This document shows positions 1-13,716 of a DNA stretch of 64,000 bases, piece after piece. The number at the start of each line of letters is the position of its first letter. Position 1 is the first letter of the stretch. The stretch is from Paraspadella gotoi (taxonomy: Eukaryota; Animalia; Chaetognatha): the NCBI GenBank assembly GCA_051294375.1, contig CM119263.1, positions 8,622,908 through 8,686,907 on the forward strand. The letters run 5' to 3'. The notes beneath the pieces are model-generated. The model worked only from the letters and a program-made list of their open reading frames with translations. It was not told the DNA's origin and did not search any database. The position numbers and the translations under genes are program-made.

Positions 1-245
1 ATATTTAAACAATCTAACTAAAAAGAACCACATCAATCAAGAAAACAAAAGATACACCGAATTATTTGAACAGTTTAAAAACAAATCATTTCAGAAAAAA
101 ACCTGCGTCTTAGTTTTTAAGCTCTGGCCGACAATTCTGGTTTTTCGCTGCTTAAATTTAAGGAAAATAAATGATTTTCAATTTGGTTACTTGTAAAAAA
201 AATTCATTAACCTGTGTTTTCTGGCCTGCACGCGATGATAAAAAA

Positions 246-282
<37 letters not shown>

Positions 283-1337
283 TAGTACATAGAGGGAGAC
301 AGAGAAAGAGAGAGAGAGAGAGAATGAGAAAGAGAGAGAGAGAGAGAGAGAGAGATAATGGTAAATCCCCCAGGGGGTTAGCCGGAAGAAAAAGGACAGT
401 ACGAACGAGCGAAAGAGAGATAGAGCGAGCGAAAGCAATAGAAAGAGAATGATAATAGAGAAAGAAAGAAAAATAGAGAGAAAGAAAGAGAGAGAAATGA
501 CGGCGGTTGGGATGATTTTATCTTGGATCAATTTTATTTGAGTCGAAATTCTCCCGATGTTCGTTTTTCGTCTTCACCATTCATGAACATAAAATATTTG
601 ATTACGTAATTCATCGCCGAGCTTTTTATTTCCTGGATTCTCTCTTTGTCCGTCGCTATCACCATCTCTCATCTTCAACCGTCGTCAATAGATTTCTTTC
701 CCTCTTTTTAAACTTAGTTAGTCGGTTTCAGGCAAGGTCATACCTGAGGCCATGTCTCCTCGAGGAATAAAAACATAGTCGTCGTTGTTGTCGTCGTCGT
801 TGTCGTCGTCGTCGTTCAATCTCATTCTGCGTTTAAACATAAAGATACATAAAATGTAGTGCTCGTGAAAATAACGATGATTTTTAAAAATAAAATTTTG
901 TTATGTTTCTATCTTTTCGTTGTGTTTGGAATTTTAAGAGAATAAAATTATGAAAATTGTATGCTGAGTCTTCGACTCTAAACTGAAAGTGACCAAAAGC
1001 GGTACACGTTCAAAATGAATAAAGAACCCAAAACACAAAAGTGCTATGACGAAAGAAAAAATAGAATTAGAAAAGAGAAAGAAAAAGTAAAGAGAGAAAA
1101 CAGAAAAGTAAGCAAACCTGCCAAACGGAAGAAGATTTAAGCAGCAGATGAATTTTTTGAGCCAAACACGTGCGTCGAGAAAGAAGGAATGAAAGAAAGG
1201 AAAAAATTTATAAGAAAAAAGAAAGCGAGAATGAAAAAAAAGAAAATAAAAGGAAGATAAAAATAGAAAAAGAAAGCGAGAAAGAGAAAGAGAAAGAAGA
1301 TAACATGTATCTGGCACGTACGTTCTATTCGAGTTTT

Positions 1338-1378
<41 letters not shown>

Positions 1379-2946
1379 GAGAGAGAGAAGAGAGAGGAAG
1401 AGAGAAAGAAGAGAGAGAGAGAGAGATTTGTAAACTTTCGAATTTTCGCGGCAGATTTCAAAGCTGATTCTAAACTGACTTGGTTCATGAGGTTTGGGTT
1501 CTCTCCGTTTGGATTTCAGATTTGGAAATTGGGTTAAGATTTTGGTGGAAAATTTTTTTGTGCCTCTACTTCCAGTCTTTAAACTCATAAAAAAGCTTTA
1601 ACACCAATTAATTTCACTCTCTGTTCGGTCTGAGGTAACAAAAAAGAAACAAATAAAATTTAAAAAAAAAAAAAAAAATAAATAAAAAAAAAATAAATAA
1701 AATAAATTGGTAAAACCAATATAAAAATTATCCATTCATTTAATAAATAAGCTATCTTGCCCCTGACTTTGGACAGGCTTTAGTGGTTTAAGGTTTCCAT
1801 CACTCTTACAAGATTGTGACATAACAGGTCCCTGCAAGCTTTCAATCAAGACTCTCACACAGTCTTGTTTATTCACTCCCAGAGTATCTCGCTTCCCTAT
1901 CAATGAAGTGGTATGTTTAGTTGTCATAAAAAGAGAATCGAAGTGTGTTTATTAAACAGTTAAAAAAATAGATAGAGTTAGAGACAAAGTGCAAACAAGA
2001 GAGAGAGTGGGAGAGAGGGAGTGGCAGATATCTGTTCGGTGTTCATATCCTTTAAACGCACGTAAGCGACTTTACTCTTCACGAATATAACTTCGAAAAT
2101 GGGGTAAACTATATGCCTGTGATTTTATTTTTTAAACCATCGCGACAGAATGAAAAAAATGACAGAAAAGAAAGATAATAGAAGAAAAGAACCGAAAAGA
2201 AAGAAAAGAAATAAGAGATAAGATAAATCACCGAAGCGACGCGTCTCCGACCCGATAGACTTTTGTTTCAGTAGACGAACGTCGCTCTCCGCCGCCAGAG
2301 CGATTGTTTACCATCCTTGACGGATGATCTTTTGTCGCTTTTGTTTACATCGTTTCCTTTTTTCATTTTTATTTGTGGCGTCCATCGTCGTCGTTGTGCT
2401 CGTAGTAGACAACGTCGTTGCTATCGTCGTCATTGTCGTCATCGTCGTCGTTGTATTCGACTCACTTCTGGGCAGAAAATCTGAGCTCCTTGCGGTTCCC
2501 ATTTCCGATATCGCGTGACCTTCTTCGTAAGGAGAGCGCGTCCGTCGCTCCTAACCATTTTTTTTCAAAACATCAAAAGGAACCAAGCAACCATGAGGTT
2601 TTATGGTGCAAACGATAGAATTCTTCGGTCTCTAGATAGTTCTCACCAAGCTTGCTATTCACAAAACTTAGTCTCCTTACCACGGTTCGCTGAATACTGC
2701 TTAAATCAGTTTTTGAAACATTTTTTAATTTTCGAAGAACCAAGCATTTGATAGGTCGTGAACAAGCATATCTCGAGTTTGTGAGATGATATTTGGAAGA
2801 AATCTTTCCAAATATGAAAACGGATGAACCAACGCGAGGAATTATCGGGAGTTAGTGACTTCGTCGTCAAGATGTAATCAGAGTTCCATCGGGTTTTCAT
2901 TAAGGTTTACCATTGGTTGACTTCGTTTCTTTCATATCTCAAGGAG

Positions 2947-3011
<65 letters not shown>

Positions 3012-4354
3012 CGCACCGTCTCATCAGTTTATGATTTGTGGTAAGCATTTTCACGTGGTTATTATTCACATTTAATTTTTTCACAATATCAAATTTTCAT
3101 CTGATTTTCAACCTCAATTTCTTTTACTTTTTTATGTCATTTTTCTTCTCTGTTCGTTTTCAAACTTAACCTCATCTTGTCTCTCTTTCGCGATCTTCCT
3201 TTGTCCCCATTTTTTTCTTCTTCTCCTGCGTTTCACCCGCGAATTCATCCTGAATCCAAAGGAGATTAATTTGTGCATCTTTAGGGATTCAGTTCGGCGG
3301 AGGATTTTTATTCAATCGATATCACGAAAATTACGGGGTGAATCATCGCACGAAAAGACTCCTTTGATCACATTTAATTTTCATTTCAATCAATACTTCG
3401 CTGCCATTTTGATAAAATTTATTCTTTTTTCATCCTTTTTTTTGGGTAGAGACAATAGAAATATATAATGTATCAAAGTTTAGAATATTATCATAATTAC
3501 TTGATATATGATACACTTTCATTCATTTTGAATTCTTCGTAAATTCGTATTTGTAGTTGTTTGCTATTGAAATAAAAATAATCTCGGTTTATGTACGTAC
3601 GTTCGTTTGTTTGTTGATGATGATTTTACTGAAACAACCTCGTTGTATTCGAATAAAATCGCATATATTAAGGCGGGCCAAAATTGATCAATTTTTATCA
3701 TTAAGAGTTCTGTAATATAAAATTCATTTGTCCATCATATACTTAATCAATATTTACTGTAACTAGCGAAGCACAGTATAACATTGAAGCATTTAAATAT
3801 TTATCAATGCATAGGCAATGAAAAAATTTTTTTATAAAAATTTTATTTTTGAAGAATGGATTCAGATAGCCTATAAAAAGTTGTCTACACAAAGTATAAT
3901 GCGTTTTTCAATATTTCGATGATAATGGGTCAAATAATGGAAAAACTCTTTAAAATCATCATCATCATCGTCGTACCATGATTTTTATAGTTTTTGCTAA
4001 TTTTAAGCATTAAAACAAAAAAATTTGGAAATCTTGCAGTAATATTTTTTATTTATTTTTTTAATCTCTACCCGAATCCGTTTTTAACAATTCTGATTTT
4101 GAAAAATAATTTATAGTAATACGATAAACTTTAAATGCTTCTATGTTATTTACTATATATAAAATCTAAATTTTTTTTTAAATTTCGTTATCCCACAGGG
4201 ATGCTTTAACGTTATTTATATTACAGAACTCTTAGTTTTTACTTTGTTCCGCCTTAGTAGGTATTAGGCTAACGATTCAATGAGGATTCCATAAAAAGAA
4301 AGAAAAATCGAGATAGATTCTATCGACAGATCCCCAAGACACCATAAAATGATT

Positions 4355-4425
<71 letters not shown>

Positions 4426-4555
4426 CGATAAAATGAAGTGAGATATTTGGTCTAATTAAATATTTAAAAAAATGGATTAACAAATTCAGAATAGATTAAT
4501 TAAAAATATTAAAGCTTGCCTAAAATCCAATTAGTAAGTTCAAAAAGAGAGAAAG

Positions 4556-4595
<40 letters not shown>

Positions 4596-4731
4596 TATAT
4601 CCGCTTAACAGAAAATTAGTTTTAAATAAACTTTGCCCCTTGCCGCGATCAAACTACATGTGTCCTTTTTATTAAATTGTTCTTTTGATTTTTTGGGTTT
4701 GAATTGTGTTTTTGTTTTGATAGAGAGAGAA

Positions 4732-4780
<49 letters not shown>

Positions 4781-4957
4781 AAGAGAGAGAGAGAGAGAAA
4801 GACAAAGAGAGAGAGAGAGAGAAAGAGATTTTAGATCGAAAGTTACACGCGAAACGGTTTCACTCATGCTACCGATCTATAAACGCCAAAGTAAAAGACG
4901 TTTATCAAGAATTTTCAATAAATTCCTCCAAATCAGAACAAAAAAAAAGAGGCGATT

Positions 4958-6978
4958 ATGAGGGAATTTATGCGTTTTTGCTTCGTCGTCGTCGTTGTCG
5001 TCGTCGTCGTCGTCTTCGCCGATGCGAAGATACGTCACCGATTGCAACTGATTCAAGGAGATCAATACATCATTCTGGCTTTTCCTAAATCGGATCAAAT
5101 CCTGGAAGGTGAGTTAGTCTCTGTATCTCAAGAGACAAACTTGCAATAATGAGGAATTTTATTTTTCGATTTTAATTTTCCTCCCAATATTAACAAATAA
5201 TCAAAAATGAAAAGAACCTAATACATACATAGTTACATATCGTTCTCACCAAAATCTCTCATCATAAAATTTAAAAAAAAAAAGAACATTCCAAAAATAA
5301 TATTTCCTCAAGCTCAGCGTAGCTCTTTAGTGTAACTCTTTTCCTCCTCAGTCACCTCCCACGAAACCACTTCCGTCTCCACCGCCTCCGCCACCCAACC
5401 ACCCGCCCCATCTCCGATCACCACCTCCTCCACCTCCGACGTCCACACGCTGATGACGAACTCCCTCTTCTCCGGCGTCACCGGCGTCCTGGATAAGGGC
5501 GAGGAGTTCGTGGTGCTGCCGACCGGCTTCCCGTCGCCGACCGTAGACTCCAAGCGGATCTGCGCCAGTTTACAAGGGACGGCGACGTGCACCTCCATTC
5601 CGTCCGGGAAGAAGCCGGTTACATCCGGGGAACGGGAATGTATTCATTTATTTTTAATTTTTTTAACCGCCTAATAAGGTTTTAACTTTTTAAAATCTTT
5701 ATCTATTATCTTTATTTATTTATTTGGTTTTTTTTTTTACTACTTCGTGTTATTTTATTTATTATAATATCTTTATTTATCAATTTTCTTTTTGAACGAT
5801 AAAGAAGGTTTTAACGTTTTAAAATATTTTTCTTTTATTTCATGCATACGACTTTGATAAAACGGAAGGTTAAAAGTAAGTTATTAACATTTAAGTGGAA
5901 AACTAAAGACGTGAGAAATAGCAGCTTCAGCTTTAACGCTGGACTTCCATCAGTTGGGGTATTAGTACTTTCAGCCCCGTGGTAGCAGGTGTATGGCGAT
6001 TTTAAATGATATTTAATCATACTTTTATGATACTAAAATACTAAACTAAGTGAAAAAAATTATAACCATTCAACCATGAGACAATTTAAATACGTACTTA
6101 AAACAGTATCTTAACAAACTGAATCACAAATCCAGAGAATGACGATCTCTTCTTCTTCTGCTTCCGATTCCAAATCTACGTGACTCGTTTCCGTCTGACA
6201 AAACCCGGATCCGCCACCAATCATCCGTCCGCCTTCGATTTCTACATCGCCAGCGGATGGCCCACCGTCAAGGAGACCAACTTCGAGAAGGTCTTCAGCG
6301 TCGAAGGCACCAAGTTCGATCAGGTCGGAGGCGTCGACATCGTCGTCGTTTTTGTTTGGGTTATCGTCGTTGTGGTCAATGGTCATTCCAGTATTTTAAA
6401 ATTGAAATGATTGAAACTTTAAAATTATATTTACTACGAATAAAAAAAAATTAAATCGCTATTTTCATATTACTACAATATGGAAAGAGTATTATGCCTG
6501 CGATTCCCATTGGGATGGGCAATTGGGCGTTGGGGACTACCGTCGCCTGTCACTGGCACGGTTACCCGAGAACGGTCTCGTTTTGCCTGCAAAGAGGGAA
6601 GTCATTAGGAGTGTGGACTGTGGAGTGTGGGTGGAACGTAACGCTTGGGATGGTGGGTTCCCCCTCTGAGCCAACGGGATTGGCGATGTGAGGCGGTGTG
6701 AATATTCCGCCACAGAGTCACATTTTTCAATTTAAACCCAGAAACAATCCCCATGCATCTCTCGATCTATCTGTCTATTCATCTATCTATCCATTTACGA
6801 TGCTGACTCCAGTGATCCTCCTTTTCAGCCTGAAGGAAAGACCATCATCTTCTCGATCCCGGATACGGCGACTAAAACCTCCAGATGCGTTGGCCTGCGA
6901 TGCCTCCATTCGCCCACAAACGAATGCACCTTCAGGGATCTTGAGCTCTGGGAGAACTTGGCGCTCCTCAACGGGTGA
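4958..6978 (+). CDS. Secreted protein: poly-Val signal peptide, S/T/P linker, C-terminal galactose-binding/discoidin(F5/8C)-like domain
   Basis: Exons ~4958-5108, 5352-5627, ~6138-6322 and 6829-6978 with GT/AG ends. They translate [25 protein letters not shown]...VTSHETTSVST...MTNSLFSGVTG...NDDLFFFCFRFQIYVTRFRLTKPG...FDFYIASGW...PEGKTIIFSIPDTATKTSRCVGLRCLHSPTNECTFRDLELWENLALLNG*. AATAAA follows at ~7009. The domain call is pattern-based only. Confidence 0.7.
6494..6713 (+). mobile_element. ~220-bp structured dispersed repeat, copy A (intronic)
   Basis: Shares blocks cccattgggatggg, gtcactggc-cggttaccc, gggatgg...ccccctctgagccaa and tgaggcggtgtgaatat with copies at 15255, 34260 (-) and 42050. 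Confidence 0.7.
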
Positions 6979-7660
6979 GGACTCGTCTCGTTCTCCCATG
7001 GTGGAGGAAATAAAAGCCATACGAGAATCCTTATGTAGTAAAAGACAAAGGCGGTTTGAATTCTTATTCTTAAATTTTATCAGAATTGATTAAAAATTCT
7101 TATATTTAAATAAGAAAAATCTCTTAGTTCAATTGATCTATAAAATTATTTCGTCACGATTTTCTTGATTAAATCGATTTCTCGTTTCAATCTCTGAAAT
7201 TTTTTTATCGTAGCTGAAAATCGGAATTAAAAACGTTAGTCGTTCAGTCCTCAAAATTGCAATTTCCATTTTTGATATCGCATTTGGCAGAAAAAAAAAT
7301 TAGGTCACTACCGCCCGTAAATTATGTAGCAGATGGGACCAAATTTTATCAAAATTTTGGACAAAAAGGGGAAAACTATTTTCTTTTGGACGATTTTTCG
7401 GTGTTAATCATACAACATTATTCGAAGTGATAAATAAATGAATTAATAAATTTTATTATTTTTTGATTTATGTTTTGTTAGAGTTACAAAATTCACTTTC
7501 TCTGTCTCTTTAGTTCGGTCTCCTTTCCTTGAGCCTGTTTCTTCTGATTATAGGATTTCGTAAAAAGTATGTCATGGGGCAGATTAGGAAAAATTTTGAT
7601 TAGAGAGAGAGAAAAATAAAGAGAGAGAGAGAGAGAGAGAGAGGAAGAGAAGAGAGAGAG

Positions 7661-7733
<73 letters not shown>

Positions 7734-7949
7734 GCTGGAATTTAACCTAGTTGGCAGCGCTGATCATTGTGAAAATTTGTATTTTGACATTTGCAATAAA
7801 AAGAAGATTATATATAAAAAAAAAAGTAAACGAAAAAAGAAGATTTAATTCAATGAATATAAATGAGGAAAAAAAATCCTTGAGTGGGGCGAAAATACCA
7901 TTTGTGTTAAAAGGAGAAAAAGGGCGAGATGAAACGGAGAGAGAAGAGA

Positions 7950-7999
<50 letters not shown>

Positions 8000-8982
8000 G
8001 AAGAGAGAGAGAGAGAGAAATGAAAAAAAAATCCATAGTCAAACAGAAAATATCTGTTAGAAAAACGGAAACTTTTATTTGTTAAAGAGAAACTTTTATT
8101 TCAGAAACACGAAAATGTTATGTTGGTGAAACACGAAATAAAATAAAGGGTTTTTTTTTCGTGTGGGACGGGGGGGGGACAGTTTGCTTAATTTACTTTC
8201 AAACGCAAACAACTTTAATCTTCAGTCGGGTGACACAGTGACGTTTATTTTTATAAAAATCTGAAGATAATATTATTTAACATTGAAACGCTGTCCTTCT
8301 TTCGAGAGCACTAGTTAGCTATTAATCATAGTGATTGTGAAATTTTAAGTGTCTTTTAGTCAGCGAGTGAGAGAGAGAGAGAGAAAGTGAGATTGAGAGC
8401 GTGAGACTCGATTCGATCGTTCGTAATCATTTCGTTCTTCCAACCGCGAAATTCCACGAATCTACGCTAAACGGAGGCGACAAATAAAGAAGAAAAAAGA
8501 AAATAAAATCGTAGCTAATGTAGGGAAAGTGGACATGAAAATCCACATCAAAAATATTTCGATTAAGTGTGAGCGTTGGAAAAGCCTGAATAATGCATTG
8601 ATTTTCTCTGCGTTTGTTCCCGAACTTTAAAAAAAAAAATTAAACTTTTATATATCTTGGATTTGTGTGGCTTTTTACCATTTTCCCTTCGTTTCCCTTT
8701 TATTTCTCTTTTTTTCTTCATCTTCCCTTTTTCACCATCCTCTCTTTTTTTTTAAATTTATCTACACGTCCCCTTATTTTTTTCTTTTAATTTTCTCTTT
8801 TCTCATCTCTCCACTTCCTCTTTCCCTCCTCCCTTCCTCTCAATCTTATTTCCTCTTCCCTCTTCTTCCATTTCTCCCTCCGTCTTATTCCATTTTCTAA
8901 TAATCTTCTTTTCTCCTATTTCCTCTCCTCTTCCTCTCTTCTCTCCCCTTCCTCTCTCCTCCTCAGTTCCTCTCTCTCTTCT

Positions 8983-9048
<66 letters not shown>

Positions 9049-9429
9049 ATCGATCGCCTCCCCCACAATCGACGTCGAGGGCAAATCCGCAATCAGCGTC
9101 GTTCGTCGTCGTCATTCATTATAGCCTTGTAGCCGGCGATGTTGTCGACGTCGTCCTCATAGTCGTCGACGTCGTCGTCGTCGTTTTCGCCGTATCCCCC
9201 CCCCGCCCCCCCCCCCCCTCCCCATGGCGTCATTTTTCCTTCTTACGTCACAATCGTCGCGACGAAATCTCGTAACGAAAAACGGGCTCCGAGTTCCGTC
9301 AGTCAAGTGGCTTAAAATAGCTTTTTCGTCCTCTTTACCCGAATCATGGACGCGGAATCCGCTGATTGGCTGAATTTTCGAAGTCGGATTGGCTCTTCGG
9401 GTTGAACAAAAGAATAAAAGCAAATTGAC

Positions 9430-9454
9430 NNNNNNNNNNNNNNNNNNNNNNNNN
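9430..9454. other. Assembly gap (25 N)
   Basis: Run of 25 n exactly at the junction of the two duplicated copies. Confidence 0.99.
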
Positions 9455-12400
9455 ATACTGAGCCATGTTCTCCATCGAGAAAAAAACATGAGTCGTCGTT
9501 AGTGTCGTCGTCTGTCGTCGTCGTCTATTCTCTCATTCTGCAGTTAAACCATTAAAGATACATAATTAGCTGCTCGTTGAAATAACGATGATTTTTTTTT
9601 AAAGAATAAAATTTTGTTATGTTTCTATCTTTTCGTTGTGTTTGGAATTTTAAGAGAATAAAATTATGAAATTGATATGCTGAGTCTTCGACTCTAAAAG
9701 CTGAAAGTTGACAAAAGCGGTACACGTTCAAAATGAATAAAAACCACAAACACAAAAGTGCTAGACGAATAGAAAAAATAGAATTAAGAAAAGAGAAAGA
9801 AAAAGTAAAAGAGAGAAAAAGAAAAGTAAGCAACCTGCCAAACGGAAGAAGATTTAAGCAGCAGAAATGGAATTTTTTGAGCAAACACGTGCGCTCTCGA
9901 GGAAAGAAGGAATGAAGAAAGGAAAAAATTTATTAAGAAAAAGGAAGCGAATGAAAAAAAGAAAATAAAAGGAAGATAAAAATAAGAAAAAAGAAAGCGA
10001 GAAAGGAGAAAGAGAAGAAGATAACATGTATCTGGCACGTACGTTTCTATTCGAGTTTTAGAGAGAGAGAGAAGAGATGAACGAGAGAGAGAGAGAGAGG
10101 AGAGAGAGATAGAGGAGAGAGGAGGAGAAGAGGAGATGAGAGAGAGAGAGATTTGTAAACTTTCGAATTTTCGCGGCAGATTTCAAAGCGATTCTATAAC
10201 TGACTTGGTTTCATTGAGGGTTTGGGTTCTCTCCGTTTGGATTCTAGATTTGGAAATGGGGTTTAGATTTTGGTGGAAATTCTTTGGCTCTACTTTCCAG
10301 TCTTATAAACTCATATAAAAAGCTTTAACACACATTAATTTCACTTCTCTGTTCGGTCTGAGGTTAACAAAAAGAAACAATAAATAAAAATAAAAAAATA
10401 AATAAATAAAAAAAATAAATAAAAATAAATTGCGTAAACCAATATAAAAATATCCATTCATTTAATACCAATAAGCTATCTTGCCCCTGACCATTGGACA
10501 AGGCTTAGTGTTTAAGGTTTCCATCATCTTTTACAAGATTGTGACAATAACAGGTCCCTTGCAAGCTTTCCAACTCAAGCTCTCCACACAGTCTTGTTTT
10601 ACTCCATGAGTATCTCCGCTCCTATCAATTGACGTGAAGTATAGTTTAGTTTCATAAAAATGAACTGAAGTGTGTTTATTAAACAGTTAAAAAAAATAGA
10701 TAGACGTTAGAGACAAAGTGCAAACAAGAGAGAAGTGGGAGAGAGGGAGTGGCAGTATTCTGTTCGGTGTCATATCCTTTAAACGCACGAAGCGGACTTT
10801 ACTTCTTCACGAATATAACTTCGGAAAATTGGTGCGTAACATATATGCTGTGATTTTTTTTTAAAACCATCGGAACGAATGAAAAAAATGACAGAAAAGA
10901 AAGATAATAGAGAAAAGAACCGAAAGAAGAAAAAGAAACTAAGAGATAGATAAAATCACCGAAGCGGCACGCGTCTCCGACACCGATAGACTTTTTGTTT
11001 CAGTAGACGAACGTCCGCTCTCCGCCGCCAGACGATTGTATTACCATCCTTGACCGGATGGATCTTTTGCTGCTTTTGTTACATCGTTCCTTTTTCATTT
11101 TTATTTGTTGGCGTCCATCGTTCGTCGTTGTGCTCGTAGTAGACAACGTGTTGCTATCGTCGTCATTGTCGTCATCGTCGTCGTCTCGTATTCGACTCAC
11201 TTCTGGGCAAGAAAATCTTGAGCTCCTTGCGGTTCTTCCTTTCCTATATGCGCCGTGACCTTCTTCGTAGCGAGAGCGCGTCCGTCAGCTCCTTAACCAT
11301 TTTTTTTCAAATCATCAAAAGGAACCAAGCAACCATGAGGTTTTATGGTGCAAACGACTAGAAATTTTCGGTCTCTTAGATAGTTCTCACCAGCTTGATA
11401 TTCACAAAACTTAGTTCCCTTACCACGTTCGCTGAATACTGCTTAAATCATTTTTTGAACAATTTTAATTTTCGGAAGAACCAAGCATTTGATAGGTTCG
11501 TGAAAAGCAGATGCTCGAGTTTGTGAGATGATATTTGGAAGAATCTTTCCAAATATGAAAAACGGATGATCCAATCGCCGAGGTTATCGGGAGTTAGCTG
11601 ACTTCGTCGTCAAGATGTTTAATCAGAGTTCCATCGGCGTTTTTCATTAGGTTTACCATTGGTTGACTTTCGTTTCTTTCATATCTCAAGGTAGAAATTA
11701 AGAGAGAGAGAGAGATGAGACGAGAGAGATGAGAGGATGGAGAGAGCTAGAGAGAGAGAGAGACAGAGAAAGCGCGCACGTCTCATACATGTTTATGATT
11801 TGTGACGACACATTTTCACAGTGGTTATTATTCACATTTAATTTTTTCACAATATCAAATTTTCATCTGATTTTCAACCTCAATTTCTTTATATTTTTTT
11901 TTCATTTTCTTTCTCTGTCGTTTTCAACTTAACCTCTATCTTGTCTCTCTTTCGCGATCTTCCTTTGATCCCCATTTTTTTCTTCTTCTCCGCGTTTCAC
12001 CGCGAATTCATCCTGAATCCAAAGGCAGATTAATTTGTGCATTCTTTAGGGATTCAGTTTTCAGGCGGAGGATCTTTTATTCAATCGATATCACGAAAAT
12101 TACGGGGTGGAATCATCGCACGTAAAAGACCTTTGGATCACATTTAATTTTCATTTCAATCAAATACTCGCTTGCCATTTTTGATAAAATTTATCTTTTT
12201 TTCATTCCTTTTTTTTTGAGGCTACAGACAATAGAGAATTTAATGTATAAAGTTTAGAATATTATCATAATTACTTATATATGATACACTCTTCATTCTT
12301 TTTGAATTCATCGATTAAATTCGTATTGAGTTGTTTGCTATTGAAAAAAAAATCTCGGTTTATGTACGTAGTTCTATGTTGAGATTTATGAACCGTGTAT

Positions 12401-13106
12401 GATAAATGATATAAGCGGGCCAAAATTGATCATTTTTATCATAAGAGTTCTGTAATATAAAATTCATTTGTCCAATACATATACTAGATCAATTATTTAC
12501 TGTACTAAGCGAAGCACAGTTAACATTTGAAGATTTAAATATTTATCATATGCATAGGCAATTGAAAAAATGTTTTGTATGAAAATTTTATTTTTGAAGA
12601 CGGATTCAGATAGCTATAAAAAGTTGTCTACACAAAGTATAATGCGTTTTCATATTCGATTTTGATAATTGGGTCAAATAATGAAAAAACTCTTTAATCA
12701 GTCATCATCATCGTTGTACCATGATTTTATAGTTTTTGCTAATTTTAAGCATTTAAACAAAAAATTTGGAAACTTGCAGTAATAGTTTTTTATTTATTTT
12801 TTTCAATCTCTGACCGATCCGTTTTAAACAATTCTGATTTTGAAAATGAATTATATAGTTAATACATAAACTTTAAATGCTTCTATGTGTATTTTATAAG
12901 GATAAAAATCTAAATTTTTTTAAATTAAATTTCGATTACTCCACAGGATTGGCTTTAACGTTTATTTATAATTACAGAACTCTTAGTTTTTACTTTGTTC
13001 CGTCTTTGTAGGTATTAGGCTAACGATTCAATGAGGATTCCATAAAAAGAAAGAAAAATCGAGATAGATTCTATCGACAGATCCCCAAGACACATAAATG
13101 ATTTGA

Positions 13107-13167
<61 letters not shown>

Positions 13168-13716
13168 TCTCTCTCTCACTCTCTCTTATTTCGATAAAAT
13201 GAAGTGAGATATTTGGTCTATTAAATATTCTAAAAAAATGGATTAACAAATTCAGAATTAGATTAATTAAAAATATTTAAAGCTTGCCTAAAATCCAATT
13301 AGTAAGTTCAAAAAAGAGGAGAAAGATACAGAGAGAGAGAGGAGAGAGAGAGGAGAGAGAGAGAGAGAATTTATATCCGCTTAACAGAAAATTAGTTTAA
13401 ATAAACTTTGCCTTGCCGCGATTCCAAACTACATGTGTCCTTTTTTATAAATTGTTCTTTTGATTTTTTGGGTTTGAATTGTGTTTTTTTTTGATAAGAG
13501 AGAGAAAACGAGAGAAGAGAGAGAGAGAGAGACGAGAGAAGAGAGAGAGAAGAGAGAGAAAGACAAAGAGGAGAGAGAGAGAGAAAGAAGATTTTAGATC
13601 GAAGTTACACGCGAAACGGTTTACTCATGCTACCGATCTATAAACGCCAAGTAAAAGACGTTTATCAAGAATTTTCAATAAATCCTCCAAATCAGAACAA
13701 AAAAAAAAAGGCGATT

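Larger units (their letters stand above)
740..9429. repeat. Copy 1 of ~8.7-kb tandem duplication (probable assembly artefact)
   Basis: Sequence from ~740 (atacctgaggccatg...) to the N gap recurs co-linearly at 9455-18272. Confidence 0.9.

Noticed and set aside
1736-2900. Short minus-strand ORFs (63-64 aa)
   Set aside because: No motif, no consistent splice structure, and codon usage unlike the confident genes.
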